NCBI RefSeq assembly: GCF_006345805.1
Contig: NC_042998.1
Coordinates: 139,128,001 to 139,192,000 of the forward strand
Source of the DNA: Octopus sinensis
Lineage: Eukaryota
Reading direction: 5' to 3'
DNA: 64,000 nucleotides
In this document: one piece after another, positions 34,267-46,645 of the stretch
Numbering within the stretch: the first letter of the stretch is position 1
Layout: each line of letters begins with the position of its first letter
Notes under the pieces: generated by a model
Told to the model about the DNA's origin: nothing
The model's input: only the letters and a program-made list of their open reading frames with translations
Databases searched by the model: none
Made by a program: the position numbers and the translations under genes

Positions 34267-35277
34267 TGTGTATGTATTAATGCTTACATTCAGTGTTCAC
34301 ATGAAAATAGCACTGAACTGCAAATGGTGAACTTTATTGGTAATTCCCTATCAACAAATAGGTGCAGGTAAACCACATGTTTTAGGATTCGGTCCCATGC
34401 ACAGCACCTAAGTCAAATATCTTCTATTATAGCCATGAGCCAATAGATGGAAATTGTATGGAAGTTAATTGTGTCCAACCCATGCCAGCACTGCATTAAA
34501 TGATAAAGATGTATGTCTTTGTATTTGCTCCCTCCCCACCCCCACTGCTTGACAACCAGTGTTGGTTTGTTTATGTTTCTGTAACTGAACTGTTTGGCAA
34601 AAGAGACCAACAGAATAAGTACAAGACTTAAAAAATAAGTACTGGAGTCGACTTGTTTGACTAATCTCTTCAAGGCAGTGCCCCAGCATGGCTGTCGTCC
34701 AATGACAGAAGTAAAGGATAAAATTTAAATGCCCTAGCACTGTGGAATAAAAATAAATCCTTTACTTGAAAAAAAAAAAAAAAAAATCAACAATATGTAC
34801 TTGTCTATCCCATTCTAGCACAAAAAAGAACACAACAAACAACATCTAAGGTAAAGCATAAGAAGGGTAAAGACCCCTTTTGGTCATGAATGACCATGGA
34901 ATTGCACCTATAAAGTTACCCTCCAAGGTGCAAGTGTATGCAAGTTTATTTATGGAAGACTAGCAGTCACCTATGCATACCAGCCTCCCCTCTCTATGCC
35001 ACCAATGTTATTAAAGGGAAAAGCAAAGGCTGATACAGCTTGGCACCAGTGATATTGCAACTCATTTCTACTGCTGAGTGAACTGGAGCATTGTGAAAAA
35101 AAGGTGTCTTGCTCAAGAACACAATTCACTGCCTCATGACTGAGCCTGATGCTCTAACCACTGAGTCATGCACCAGCAATAACAACAATAGCAAATACAA
35201 AGACATGTTTCTGATATGAAGGGAGACATAGAAATACAACTGATTGTTACTTTAAGCACTAAAATATTGCCACTTAC

Positions 35278-35379
35278 CGTCCATGTTGACTAAGGAATTC
35301 ATTTTCAAAATCTCGAAGAATCTTTCTCAGCTTCCTCTTCTCAACTCGTGTCTTCGTCAGTTCTTCTTGTAGTTGAGGA
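35278..35379 (-). CDS. FAM13A: FAM13-family exon (PQLQEELTKTRVEKRKLRKILRDFENEFLSQHG)
   Basis: CAG/GTAAG, 102 nt, phase 2-2. Matches 'EKKRIRKKLRDFEDNFFRQNG'. Confidence 0.9.
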
Positions 35380-36465
35380 CTGAATTAACAATGAAAACCA
35401 TCAATGACACTTTATTTTCTAAAAGCTGTTCACTCTTGTTTCTCCTTAACTAACTCCAATGTATTTAAAATTAATTCTAAATTTAACATCATCATATCAA
35501 TTGATTATTGGATAAATTGCTTTTATCAAGTAAGCCTGGTCACTAAAGCAGACTATAGTCTGTATTCTTTTACATGTTTCAGTCATTTGACTGTAGCTAT
35601 GGCTTTAATGGTTTTAGTTGAAGAAATCGACCTCAGAACTTATTCTTCGTAAGCCTAGAACTTATTCTATCTGTCTCTTTTTGCTGAACCACTACATTAT
35701 AGGGACGTAAACACACCAACATCAGTTGTCAAGTGATGGGGGGGGGACAGATACAGAGACACACATGAATATATATACATCATCATCATCATCATCGAAC
35801 TTTCACATGAAAATAGCATAGGCTTGTTTCAGTTTTTGTCTACCTACTCCACTCACAAGGCTTTCGTTAGTTTAAGGCCCGAGGTGCCATGCAGTGAGAC
35901 TGAACCCAGAACCATGTGGTTGGGAAGCAAGCTTTTTACCACACAGTCATGCTTGCATCTAGGTAGACAAAAAACATTTTTTAGTTAAGATTTTACAAAC
36001 TCAAGATTTTCTAGAAGCATTTCATGCAGTGCCATGAAAAGATGCACCTAGTATATTCTGTAAAGTGGTTGGCATTAAGAAAGGCATCCAGCCATAAAAA
36101 CATGCCAAAATAGACATTAAAGCTTGGAACGATCCTCTGGCTCATCAGTTTCTGTGGAACCATCCAACACATGCCAGCATAGGAAATGGATGCTAAATGA
36201 TGATAATAAGTTGGAAAGCAATCTTTGATACCATAATTCTTTATAAAGTTATTACTGAATTGAATCAATTAACCTTCACACACACACAAATTTTTAAAAA
36301 ATTGAAAATAAATTAGAACTTGGTTGATCATTCAAAGCATTCACATACCTTAGTGTATCAAGCTTTGTGAAATACAAATTGTTTTAGTTGGGTTTCTCAG
36401 TGCAACTAACTTATTAGTACCTCCAAGATTTACAGCTTAAAACTTGTAAATTTAAAGATGTTTAA

Positions 36466-36656
36466 TCCTTTAGCATTCAGATTATTCTGCCAAGTGTAAT
36501 GCTTATGCAGTATCTTGTAGCAACTAAATTTCAATGATGTGATTGTTTATTTTTAGAATGACGTTTTAGCATAGTCAAGAAGCCAAATCTGGCCAGTTTG
36601 AACATAAAACAGATAACATATTTGGGCTGGATATGGCCAGTTTAAATGCTAAAGGA
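36466..36656. mobile_element. piggyBac-type MITE (same family)
   Basis: TTAA-TCCTTTAGCATT ... AATGCTAAAGGA-TTAA; body matches 27238-27434. Confidence 0.85.
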
Positions 36657-37103
36657 TTAAGAGATGTACTCATCTAACAAGTAATATGATCTGAGATAGT
36701 GTGTAGAAACTAAAATAATTACAGCATGAAAGACTAACTATTCAATAACACACAAAGACTACTGACTTGGCTTAAATATCTATTATCTGGTGTCAAAATT
36801 TTCATCACACTAAAAGGTTGAAGTGAAGTTAACTGTTTTTGCATGTTTTTGAATGGCTAACCTGTATATCTCAAGCTGTAATTGCTGGATATGTTTAATT
36901 ATGATAAAAATTAACAGCATTACACACATATTTTATGAATTTTAAGACTACATGGTATGTCAAGTTAATTTAGTAGCAACAAACATTACAGTAAATGTGT
37001 TTTTATTGAGCTATTGAAAAATAATAGTTGTTTAGAATATCACAGAGCCTGTTGCTCCCTATAACACACTAGGCAGAGAATGATAACTATAAATGTTATC
37101 CCT

Positions 37104-37349
37104 GACTGGCCTCTGTGCCGGTGACACGTAAAAAGCACCATCCGATCGTAGTCGTTTGCCAGCCTTGTCTGGCACGTAAAAAGCACCCACAACACTCATG
37201 GAGTGGTTAGCATTAGGAAGGGCATCCAGCTGTAGAAACACTGCCAGTTAAGACTGGGCCTGGGGCAGCCTTCTGGCTTCCCAGGCCCCAGTTGAACCGT
37301 CCAACCCATGCTAGCATGGAAAGTGGATGTTAAACGATGATGATGATGA
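37104..37349 (+). mobile_element. Young 5'-truncated RTE copy or RTE-tailed SINE
   Basis: Highly similar to 8408-8678 including the (GAT)n tail. Older copies at ~15150-15346, ~32538-32725, ~36028-36207 (+) and ~47282-47460, ~48715-48910, ~58088-58270 (-). Confidence 0.88.
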
Positions 37350-37497
37350 AATGGGGCCATTTTACAAAGGATCCACTAGTCAGCCAGCTACTCCAACTCA
37401 GTGTTTCTATTCTATTTCTTATTAACCATAGATCACATTGAAACTGTTACTTAAGTGCAAAGGCGTATCAATACATAAATGTATAGTATATACTTAC

Positions 37498-37718
37498 ATA
37501 GTCATTTCATGAAGTGTTGCTTCTTGGTTAATTGAGCTTTCTCCGGTGCTCATTAGGCGAGATTTGGGAGATCCACTTCCGGCAGAGGTTGCTGCTGATG
37601 AAACCTTTATTGTATCTCTTGTTAAAACTAGATCTCTGGTCACAGAAAAATCTGCAACTGTATCAAAATTTTCATCATCTTCCATTTCAGCTGTAGGCAC
37701 ATGAACTGTTTTCTTCCA
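37498..37718 (-). CDS. FAM13A: FAM13-family exon (WKKTVHVPTAEMEDDENF...EATLHEMT)
   Basis: AAG/GTAAG, 221 nt, open, phase 0-2 consistent with both neighbours. Ends in the conserved 'LH' motif before the last coiled coil. Confidence 0.85.
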
Positions 37719-38082
37719 CTTTAAGACAAAAAAAAAAAAAAGAAAGAAAGAAGAAAATTATACATCAGCAAGAATAATAGATTTCTGAAAGAATAATAAA
37801 GACAGTGCTAGCAGAGTTGTCAATCTTTAATCAAAATATTGATTCCTCTCGTTGGTACACTATCACATGTTTGCAAAAGGAGAATATACTTGAATATCAT
37901 AAAACAGGTATACAGTTGGTTGATTTAACTCCAGTGTATGACTGGTATATGTTTTATTAATCTGGGATGGCTGGTGGGAACAAAATACTGTGAAGTATAT
38001 ATTTCTACTTCCCAATCCATGCTAGCATGGGTTGGATAGTTTGACAGGATCTGACAAGCTGCTGGACTGTACTTTACTCTAA

Positions 38083-38446
38083 TACTCTTTACTCTTTTAC
38101 TTGTTTCAGTCATTTTGACTGCGGCCATGCTGGAGCACCACCTTTTTTTTTTTAGTACTTATTCTATCGGTCTCTTTTTGCCGAACCGCTAAGTGACGGG
38201 GACCTAAACACACCAGCATCGGTTGTCAAGCAATGCTAGGGGGACAAACACAGACACACAAACACACACACATATACATATATATACATATATACGACAG
38301 GCTTCTTTCAGTTTCCATCTACCAAATCCACTCACAAGGCATTGGTCGGCCCGGGGCTATAGCAGAAGACACTTGCCCAAGATGCCACGCAGTGGGACTG
38401 AACTCGCAACCGTGTGGTTGGTTAGCAAGCTACTTACCACACAGCC
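38083..38446 (-). mobile_element. Young tRNA-derived SINE with internal (TA/TG)n and (TAAAAGAG)n tail, nested in an older RTE-tail copy (~38005-38515)
   Basis: GGCTGTGTGGTAAGTAGC...GAGTTCAGTCCC head, CORE-like CTTGGGCAAGTGTCTT, CpGs retained. Relatives at ~41468-41813 (+), ~35565-35958 (-), ~33185-33345 (+), ~15878-16025 (+). Confidence 0.82.
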
Positions 38447-39302
38447 GTCTACTTTAGTATGGCTTCTACAACTAAATGCCTTTCCTAATGCCAACAACTT
38501 TACAGAGTGTACTGACCATATTTAATATAATGATTTAATGAGCTTTTTATAGCATTGTTCATGTTGAAGTAACATTATATTACAATAAGAAACAAAAAAA
38601 ACATTTAGAAAGCACTGAGACTTCTCATATTAATAACCAAGATGTTACAAGCTAACCTCCAACTATCTTGATGAAATTTAAAATCCAAGAAGAAAGAAGG
38701 AGCTTTTGGAATAGAAAAGGTGATCTAAGAAAACACAGAAAGGAGTAGTGGGGACTCCTGGAGCTCACAAAGAACAGACCCCTCCAACTCATGCCAACAT
38801 AGAAAAGTGGATGTAAAATTGATGATGAAAAAGGTGGTAGCATACAAAGACAATCAGAGTTTGAACTCCTGCATTTGTAGTAGGTTTTGAATAAAGCCAT
38901 CTGCTGTAACTTATATGATTTAAGGTAAATGACAGAAATAATTAAGATGCAAAGATAAAATAGTAAACATAAAAATGTTATAAAAATAGATGCAGGAACA
39001 GCCATGGGGCTGAAAGGTTCACTTTGCACAATATCTTGATTTCAAGATCAATCCCAATGAGTGGTAGCATCTTCAGTAAATGTCTTCTATCATTTTAGAT
39101 CTGTTCCTTCTAACCAACATGGGTAAGACCCATAGAGGCATGGAGAGAAACAGATGCAAAATGATGATGAAAAGGAGGGGTGGGAAGAGGCAGAAAGAGG
39201 AAGAAGAGGTAGAAAGAAGAGAAGAAAGAGATGACTACCGTTTCCACCACATAAACAGAATCTAGACATTTCTGGACTGTATTATATACAAATGTCACTT
39301 AC

Positions 39303-39389
39303 AAGTGGTCGAGCTGATGTTGAAACTCCAGCAGTGAGTTCAAATGGCTGATCTTCTGGGACTGTTTGAAGTTCAGTTGTATCTCTTGG
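39303..39389 (-). CDS. FAM13A: FAM13-family exon (PRDTTELQTVPEDQPFELTAGVSTSARPL)
   Basis: CAG/GTAAG, 87 nt, phase 0-0, 'LQ.V.E' motif. Confidence 0.8.
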
Positions 39390-40197
39390 CTGTATTTAAA
39401 TAAGAATGATATTTATTACATTTTAGTAAAAACAGCATTATATACAGTTAAATAAAACAGTTGTTATATTATAGTTAAATAATAAGTTATATTATATCTA
39501 AAAAATGATGGTGTTATATTTTAGTAATAAAGGTGTTTATTTCAGAAAAATAACATTACATTATATTTAAAGGTCATATAATAACTAAGAAAGAAAACAT
39601 GAAAAATTAACAGATTTTTGTCATCCAGATCTAACCAATGTGCAACATTTCAACAAATGATGGACAGTATTTATTCAATCTTGAAACTGTATGTTCAACT
39701 GTGGCAGAGGTCTCCATTACTTAAGACAACTGATTACTGAAGGAAGTGGGTTAAACTTGCTAATAAATCTTAAGTGATGGGTAAAGAATTAGAAATAATC
39801 TGTTTATCAAGCAAGTAAATAACTATGTAAGCAATTAAACATAGTTGATGAGAAAGTTAATGTATTTTGCATACATTAACCCAGTAAATTAGGCATGAAA
39901 CAACATGCTCTTTCTTACACAACAAAGACTGAAAAGAGAATTGTGTCAATGCTAAATTCCATGGAAGAAAGAAGTTTGCTGATTTCTAATAGTAAAATAT
40001 ATTTTGATCACAAGTTAGCTGAAATACCATGTTTGAAGTGTCTGTTTGAATTGGCAGGTAAGAAAAGAAATCATGTAGACATCTAATATTAGGTATGGTC
40101 ATATTAATAGTAGGGAAGCTACAGGCAGAGTGTAATGTATATACATATATCTATAATAGAATTGGTACTATAAATGAAGAAATATCATTTTCTTAAA

Positions 40198-40428
40198 TTT
40201 TGGCACAAAGCAGTTTTGGAGGTGGGGGGGAGTTTTTTTTTTTTTTGCTTTTTTATTGATCATCTACCCTCAATGCTCAACTGGTACTTATTTTATCAAA
40301 CTCAAAAGAATGAAAGACAAAGTCAACCTTGGCAGCAGTTGAGTGCAAAGAGCTGCAAGAAATTCTGCTAAGCGTTTTGTCTGGCAAATTAACAAATCTG
40401 CCAGCTTGTCACCTTAATGATGATGATG

Positions 40429-40468
<40 letters not shown>

Positions 40469-41130
40469 TGATAATAATAATAATAATAATAATAATAATA
40501 TAATAATAATATAATAATAATAATTTTGGCACAAGGCCAACAATTTCAAGGATGGGGTAAGTTGATTACATCAACCCTAGTACTTAACTGGTACTTATTT
40601 TATCAAAGTCAAACCTTGGTGGAATTTGAATTCAGAATGTGAAGACAAACAAAATGCAGCTAAGCATTCTGCCTGGCATGCTAATGATTCTGCCAGCTCA
40701 CTGCCTTAGAAATAACAATAATAATAATAATCCTTTCTACTATAGACACAAGGCCTGGAATTTGGGAGGAGGGGGCCAGTCAGTTAGATTGACCCCATCA
40801 GTATGCAACTGGTACTTAATCAATTGACCCTGAAAGGATGAAAGGTGAAGTCAACCTCAGTGGAATTTGATCTCAAAACACACCAATAGGCAAAAATACC
40901 GTTGAGTATTTTGTTTAGCATGCTAATGATTCTCCTAGCTCATAGGCACAAGGCCTAAACTTGGAGGGCAAGGGCTAGTCAATTATACCAACCACAGTGC
41001 TCAATTGGTATCTATTTCATCAAGCCCAAAAGGACAAACGGCAAAGTTGACCTCAGAACATAATGAATCAGAGAGAATAAAACTGAGATTTTTTTTTTTT
41101 TTTTGGTGGATTCTGCCAATCCACCATCTT
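40198..41130 (-). mobile_element. Head-to-tail array of four (TTA)n-tailed SINEs with a long (AAT)n tract at 40416-40523
   Basis: Reverse complements of the 11325 family: GGCACAAGGCC...CTGGTACTTATTTTATC...AAAGTCAACC...CTGCCAGCTC. Confidence 0.8.
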
Positions 41131-41855
41131 GATGCTATAACAATAATAATCATAATCAAAGGTAATAATAATTATAAATGAATGTAACTCCCAGCTAAAT
41201 TCTATTTGTGGAAGTTATAAAGCAAGTAGTCAAATCAGTATGAAAGAATTTCAGTAAACCTAACATATATGTAAATCAGTACATTTTGCTTTCAAATTTC
41301 AAAAACAATACTGCGTTCTTAATTATCATAAATAAGCACATTGGATATTATCACTAACTAAATGCGTGGTTCTCAACTGGGGTCTATTTTGTTGTTAAAA
41401 TTTATGTGCAATAAATTACTTATACTTTTACAATACACAAAATATTAACATTTTTTTTTACACAATTGACTGTATGATAAGAAGTTTGCTTCCCAACCAC
41501 ATGGTTCTAGGTTCAGTTCCACTGTGCAGCACCTTTGGCAAGTGTCATCTACTACTGGGCCAACCAAAGCCTTGTGAATGAATTTGGTAGACAGGAACTG
41601 AAAGAAGTGTGTGTGTGTCCCACCACTTGACAACTTCTGTTGGTGTGTTTTTAGATCCCCATAACTTAGCAGTTTGGCAAACGGGATCAACAGAATAAGT
41701 ACCAGGCATTACAAAAAATACTAATCACTAGGGTCAATTCATTTGACTAAAAATTCTACAAAGTGGTACCCCAGGATGGCCGCAGTCTAATGACTGAAAC
41801 AAGTAAAAGATAAATTCCTAATATTTAATTATAAAAATACAGTAGGATTATATAC

Positions 41856-41892
<37 letters not shown>

Positions 41893-42189
41893 TCAAATCA
41901 CTATGGAAAGCCAGTGGAGTAAAATAGGAATCACAGGGTTCCATGGGCAAAAAATAGTCGAAAACCAATGATCTAAACTACAGAACTATTCAGATACTTA
42001 GAATTCCAAAACTGAAGAATGCTTTCAATGATAGCATACTTAGTTCTTTGCCATTATCATTCAAACCATAGATATACTTGGAAACATTCATGGGGCCACA
42101 AAATATTAAAGTCATTAAGGAGTAATTTGGTAATAGTAGAGAATATTGGATAAGAGCTAACAGAAACAAATTGTGTTCTGGTTGGGTAA

Positions 42190-42412
42190 TTAAACTATTA
42201 GCATTCAGATTATTCTACCATATGTAATGCTTATTTATTCACATTGCTTTGAACTAATCACGTATCATCTCGTAGTTTCAGGGTTTCAATGATGTGATTG
42301 TTTATTTTTAGAATGACATTATAGGGTAGGTATGAAAGGCCGGATCTTGCTGGTTTGAAGATAAACAAGTTGAATATATCAACCTGATGTGGCTAGCTTA
42401 AATGCTAAAGGG
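42190..42412. mobile_element. piggyBac-type MITE (same family, degenerate left end)
   Basis: TTAGCATTCAGATT...GATGTGATTGTTTATTTTTAGAATGACAT...AATGCTAAAGGG. Confidence 0.75.
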
Positions 42413-43123
42413 TTATAAACAGTATTGCATTGTGTAGTGTTAATTTGGAATAGGTGGGAGAATAGACTAAAGCATCCATGGTACAGAGAGAGATCATGAA
42501 AACTTTGTAGAATTTAAAAAAAAAGAGAAAAATTCTTTAATTAATAAACTAGTCACAGTTTTTAATTGTTACTGATTGAATAAAGTAGGCTAAAAGGTTA
42601 ACAATTTCACTTCAGAACCACAAGGTCCCAGGTTTGATCCTATTGCATAGCACCTTGGACAGATATCATGCTTTATAACCTCAGGTCAACCCATAACTTG
42701 TGATTGATATTAGATAGATGGAGACTGTATAGAAGTCCATCAAGTGGATTGTACCTGTAATTCAACAGGTATATATCCTTTTCACACACTGTCTCATGCA
42801 GATACTGCCTGTTAAATTACATTAAGGGTAACATGTCAGGAATACCCAGCCACTTACATGTCAATTCAGGAGCAGGGAATTCAGCTGATCAAACAATGGA
42901 GATTCAAGACTGGGTAAAAAAGACAAGTCAGAAATAACTATGCTAAATTCCTTTCATCAGTGAGAAACAGTCCTAAGTATTGATCTTACGTTTCATCATT
43001 AAGATTTCAAAATGAAATTAAATGCTAGATTTCATATATTTTCTAAACCTTTAATGAGTGTGAACAAAAGCTCGTTACTGAACAATCTCAAGGTTATTAG
43101 TCTCTTAATAATTAGCAACATAC

Positions 43124-43207
43124 CGAAGCAGGTTTTGCAAGCATTCGTTTAACCAAACGATAATGATTGTACAGTGGTCGCATCAAATCTTTTGATATTT
43201 TGGATGA
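43124..43207 (-). CDS. FAM13A: FAM13-family exon (SSKISKDLMRPLYNHYRLVKRMLAKPAS)
   Basis: TAG/GTATG, 84 nt, phase 0-0. Matches 'MKPLYDRYRLVKQIL'. Confidence 0.9.
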
Positions 43208-43442
43208 CTAAAAAGTGGAAAATAATATCATGTAATATACAATATAAAATAAACAAATTAGGATATTTGAAATATTAATTTTAATATTGTATTTAATAAA
43301 AAATATAGTGAACCCCAAAATACAAAAATAACACTTAGTTGGACAAAAAAAAAAAAAACAACCTTTAAGACTCTTTTAGTTATAAAATATCCAAAATTAT
43401 TTTATATTAGTTTTGGGCTATGATAGGTTTTAGAGCTTAAGC

Positions 43443-43583
43443 CAGCCATGAACAAACTGTAACCTACAGGACTTTCTGAATGGCAAACCTAATGAAAACT
43501 TTCCTTGAATTGTTTTCAGTTGTGTGGCCCACCTGATGATGAACAATATTTCATGCAGCCTCAGAAAAGTTTGCCCATGGCTG
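43443..43583. mobile_element. hAT-type MITE, ~141 bp
   Basis: TIRs CAGCCATGAACAAACT / AGTTTGCCCATGGCTG. No clear 8-bp TSD. Confidence 0.65.
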
Positions 43584-45426
43584 GTTGCAAGATCTGAACC
43601 CCTTCACCACTTGAAAACCTTATTTACAACTGGATTTGAAAGTAATACTCAATACAATAAATATTTCATGCTAATGAGTCCAACAGTTTAGTACAGGGCA
43701 AGTTTGAAAATTCAGCCTATCAGCACAGATACTTTAGCTTGAGAATATAGCAATATAGCAAAAATTTAATAAGTAACACCAAGTTATCTGTTCAACAAAT
43801 TATCTCCTCTGATTTTTCACTCTCACCTTTATGCTGCTCTTAAAACTTGCTTTCCACAGGTAAATGTCAACATTGGTCAATACTCCAATGTTCAATTTTA
43901 AGATAGTCATAACAATAGGACAACTAATTTCTTTGATTATTTAAGGATTTAGTGCCAACAGGCTGTTTTAAAAACAATTTACAAATACAAAATTTCATTT
44001 TCGTCTCTTCTTTAATGGATGGATTTGTTTCAATTGAAATCTGACAAGAAACGTGTATTATATCAGGGAAATAAAAGGTAAAGTTATTTATAAGTGTCTC
44101 GTTCTTGAAACAACACAAGGTGTGATGATATGAAAAAGACTGTATGAGTGTGCATAACAAGTGTATTGATGGTGAGCAAGGCTGAGAGAGAGCTAAATAA
44201 AGCAAACTACTAAATAGAGGAGAGCAATACTTGAAGAAAGATATATCCTCATGAAAGAGGAAAGAAAGTGATATAATAGGGTTTGTATGCTGTACAAATA
44301 GCAGCTAAATCATAAAGTGAAACCAAAGTGATTGGAAGTGTTCTGGACAAAAACCCATATAGGAAATAACAATTAATCTGTTATTAACATTACTACTAAA
44401 AAATTTGAGAATTAAATTACTTGAAAATATTACAAAGTCATATAAAAACATTTAACAATAACAAAAAAAGCAATATTTCTCATCAGAGACATTACTAAAT
44501 AGAAAATCATTACATTTTTAAGAGATCGATTAAAAATTTAAATAAAAATATCACAGAGAGTTAAACCTATTTCTGACAAGCTTTTATATTAGATAAAATT
44601 AACAAATAAAGTTGTTAAAATTATAATGAAATTGTTCTATCAAAGACAGTAATTACTGAATTTATTCATGAATACTTCACCCCTTCCCACACTTACAAAA
44701 ATAATCTAATACACTTCTTGAAACAATGAATACCTTTCTAAAGTGTCATACTGGAACTGATTTTCAATATTTCAGGTAAAAGGTGTGAAAAAGCTAAAAA
44801 AAAGTAAGCTTCCACATGTTTGCACCACCTCCCAACAACGTCCCACCCCCAGTAAGTGCATATTCTCAGTGTGACAAAGTTTCAAATTCTGACTGGAACT
44901 ATTTGACTTCATTATGATGATGATGGAAATATTAACCCGTTGCAGATGGATTTAGTACTGACAGTCTGTGTTGTGTGCTGGTATTAGGCTGTTCAGTAAC
45001 TACATTTTTCATACAAGGTATTTTACAGTGTATTTACAGATTCTTTTCAGTGTGGTATATTTGAAAACAGTTCTGTACAGAGAGAGACATCACACTGCTC
45101 ACACACAATGTTTCAATGCAGTCGGTACCATTTCCCATCTACAAGGGGTTAACAATGTAAGTAAAGTGAAACTGTTCTAATCTGAAAGTAAAATCTTGCA
45201 AAAAGCTCAGCTGACAGTGAATGCATTGATGTGGCATTTGCCTAAAATGTTTTAAGTTTCCTTATGGCTTTTTTCTTTTTTTTTTAGAAAGTCTCAATGT
45301 ACAATATTAAAGCAGAGTTGTGCAACTAATTTCAATGGGAGGTATAAAATTATTAAATTCATTAAAAACTCAACTTTCTAGAAACCAAGTTAAAATACAT
45401 AAATATATAAAAATTATTTGGAAAAT

Positions 45427-45768
45427 ATCACTTTAAAGGTAATCTCTACAGATATTCTATAGAAATTATAGCCAGCACTGATTTTCGCATTGGTATTTCG
45501 TATCCAAAACATCGGATGTAGACAAACAATGAGAACGAAGATGAAAAAAAGGTATACCATATTTTGGGAGTTTTGCTCCTTCATCAGCACCCATCTAAAA
45601 AACAAAAAAAAAAATCCCAAAATATGGCATATGCACCCATTACCCTTTTTTCATCTTCGATCTTATTGCTTGTTTACATCTGACATCTCAGATACAAAAC
45701 ATTGTAACAGAAATCAGTGCTGGTTATAATTCCGATAGAAAATCTGTAGAGATAACCTTAAAAGTGAT
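45427..45768. repeat. 342-bp imperfect palindrome (foldback), probably MITE-like
   Basis: 45427-45569 is reverse-complementary to 45615-45768 over its whole length, with mismatches and one small indel. Confidence 0.88.
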
Positions 45769-46561
45769 TTCAGTGCACTGCTAACACAGTAGAACAATGT
45801 ATTGACTTATAAAAATGTTTAATATATTTTATAGTATTTTATGGTTGGTTATTGAAATACAGTATCCTTACAAGTCATTAATATTTTGAAAATAATGAAG
45901 ACTTTAGTAAAATAACTGTCATTATTAATCTGTTTTTTAGAACATAAATTAGCATGAAAGGTTTTAATTTAGATCACTTCAAAATAGGACAATTATGTAG
46001 GAGAACTAAGAGTAGTCTTAATTGTGTTGTGCAAAGTATGAACTTTGCACCCCTCCCAAGCAGAGCTGGCCAATGTTACACCCATCTGATGCAAAACCAT
46101 CTGTGATCACCACTAGTTCCATGATACAATCTGCTGTTTTAAAGTAGTCTAAGTTAAATTCTTCCATCAAACTCACATGTTAATTCATGTTTCAAATATT
46201 AGCTTAATAATGACCAAGCTATTTCAATAAATTCTTCCTTATTTTCAAAACTAATTGAAACAAAGCCAATGTTTTTCAGCAGAAATATAACAAAAGTGTT
46301 AAGGCATTTTATGTTCAAATTCATTTTAAATTTTTGTCATCATCCATGTGACCTGGGGAATTACCATAATAATTGTGCTATATATATATGTAATAAATAT
46401 AGTTATTACTAATTCATCAAACTTTTACTGGAGACTAGCACAAAAATAATATAGCCTCAACTTAGTTACTGCAATATCTGGAGATTACCAAAGTTTTTAC
46501 AAAATTATATATAAAGGAAATATTTTAGAAATAAGATCAAGAGAAAAAACTGAAGACTTAC

Positions 46562-46645
46562 TGGTCGGCCATGGATGCCCTCAAAGTGAAGGAGTGATTT
46601 CTGAATAGCTAGCTTTTCTTCTTGGATTTCATCTCTACTCATCAA
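46562..46645 (-). CDS. FAM13A: FAM13-family exon (LMSRDEIQEEKLAIQKSLLHFEGIHGRP)
   Basis: CAG/GTAAG, 84 nt, phase 0-0. Matches '[27 protein letters not shown]'. Confidence 0.92.
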
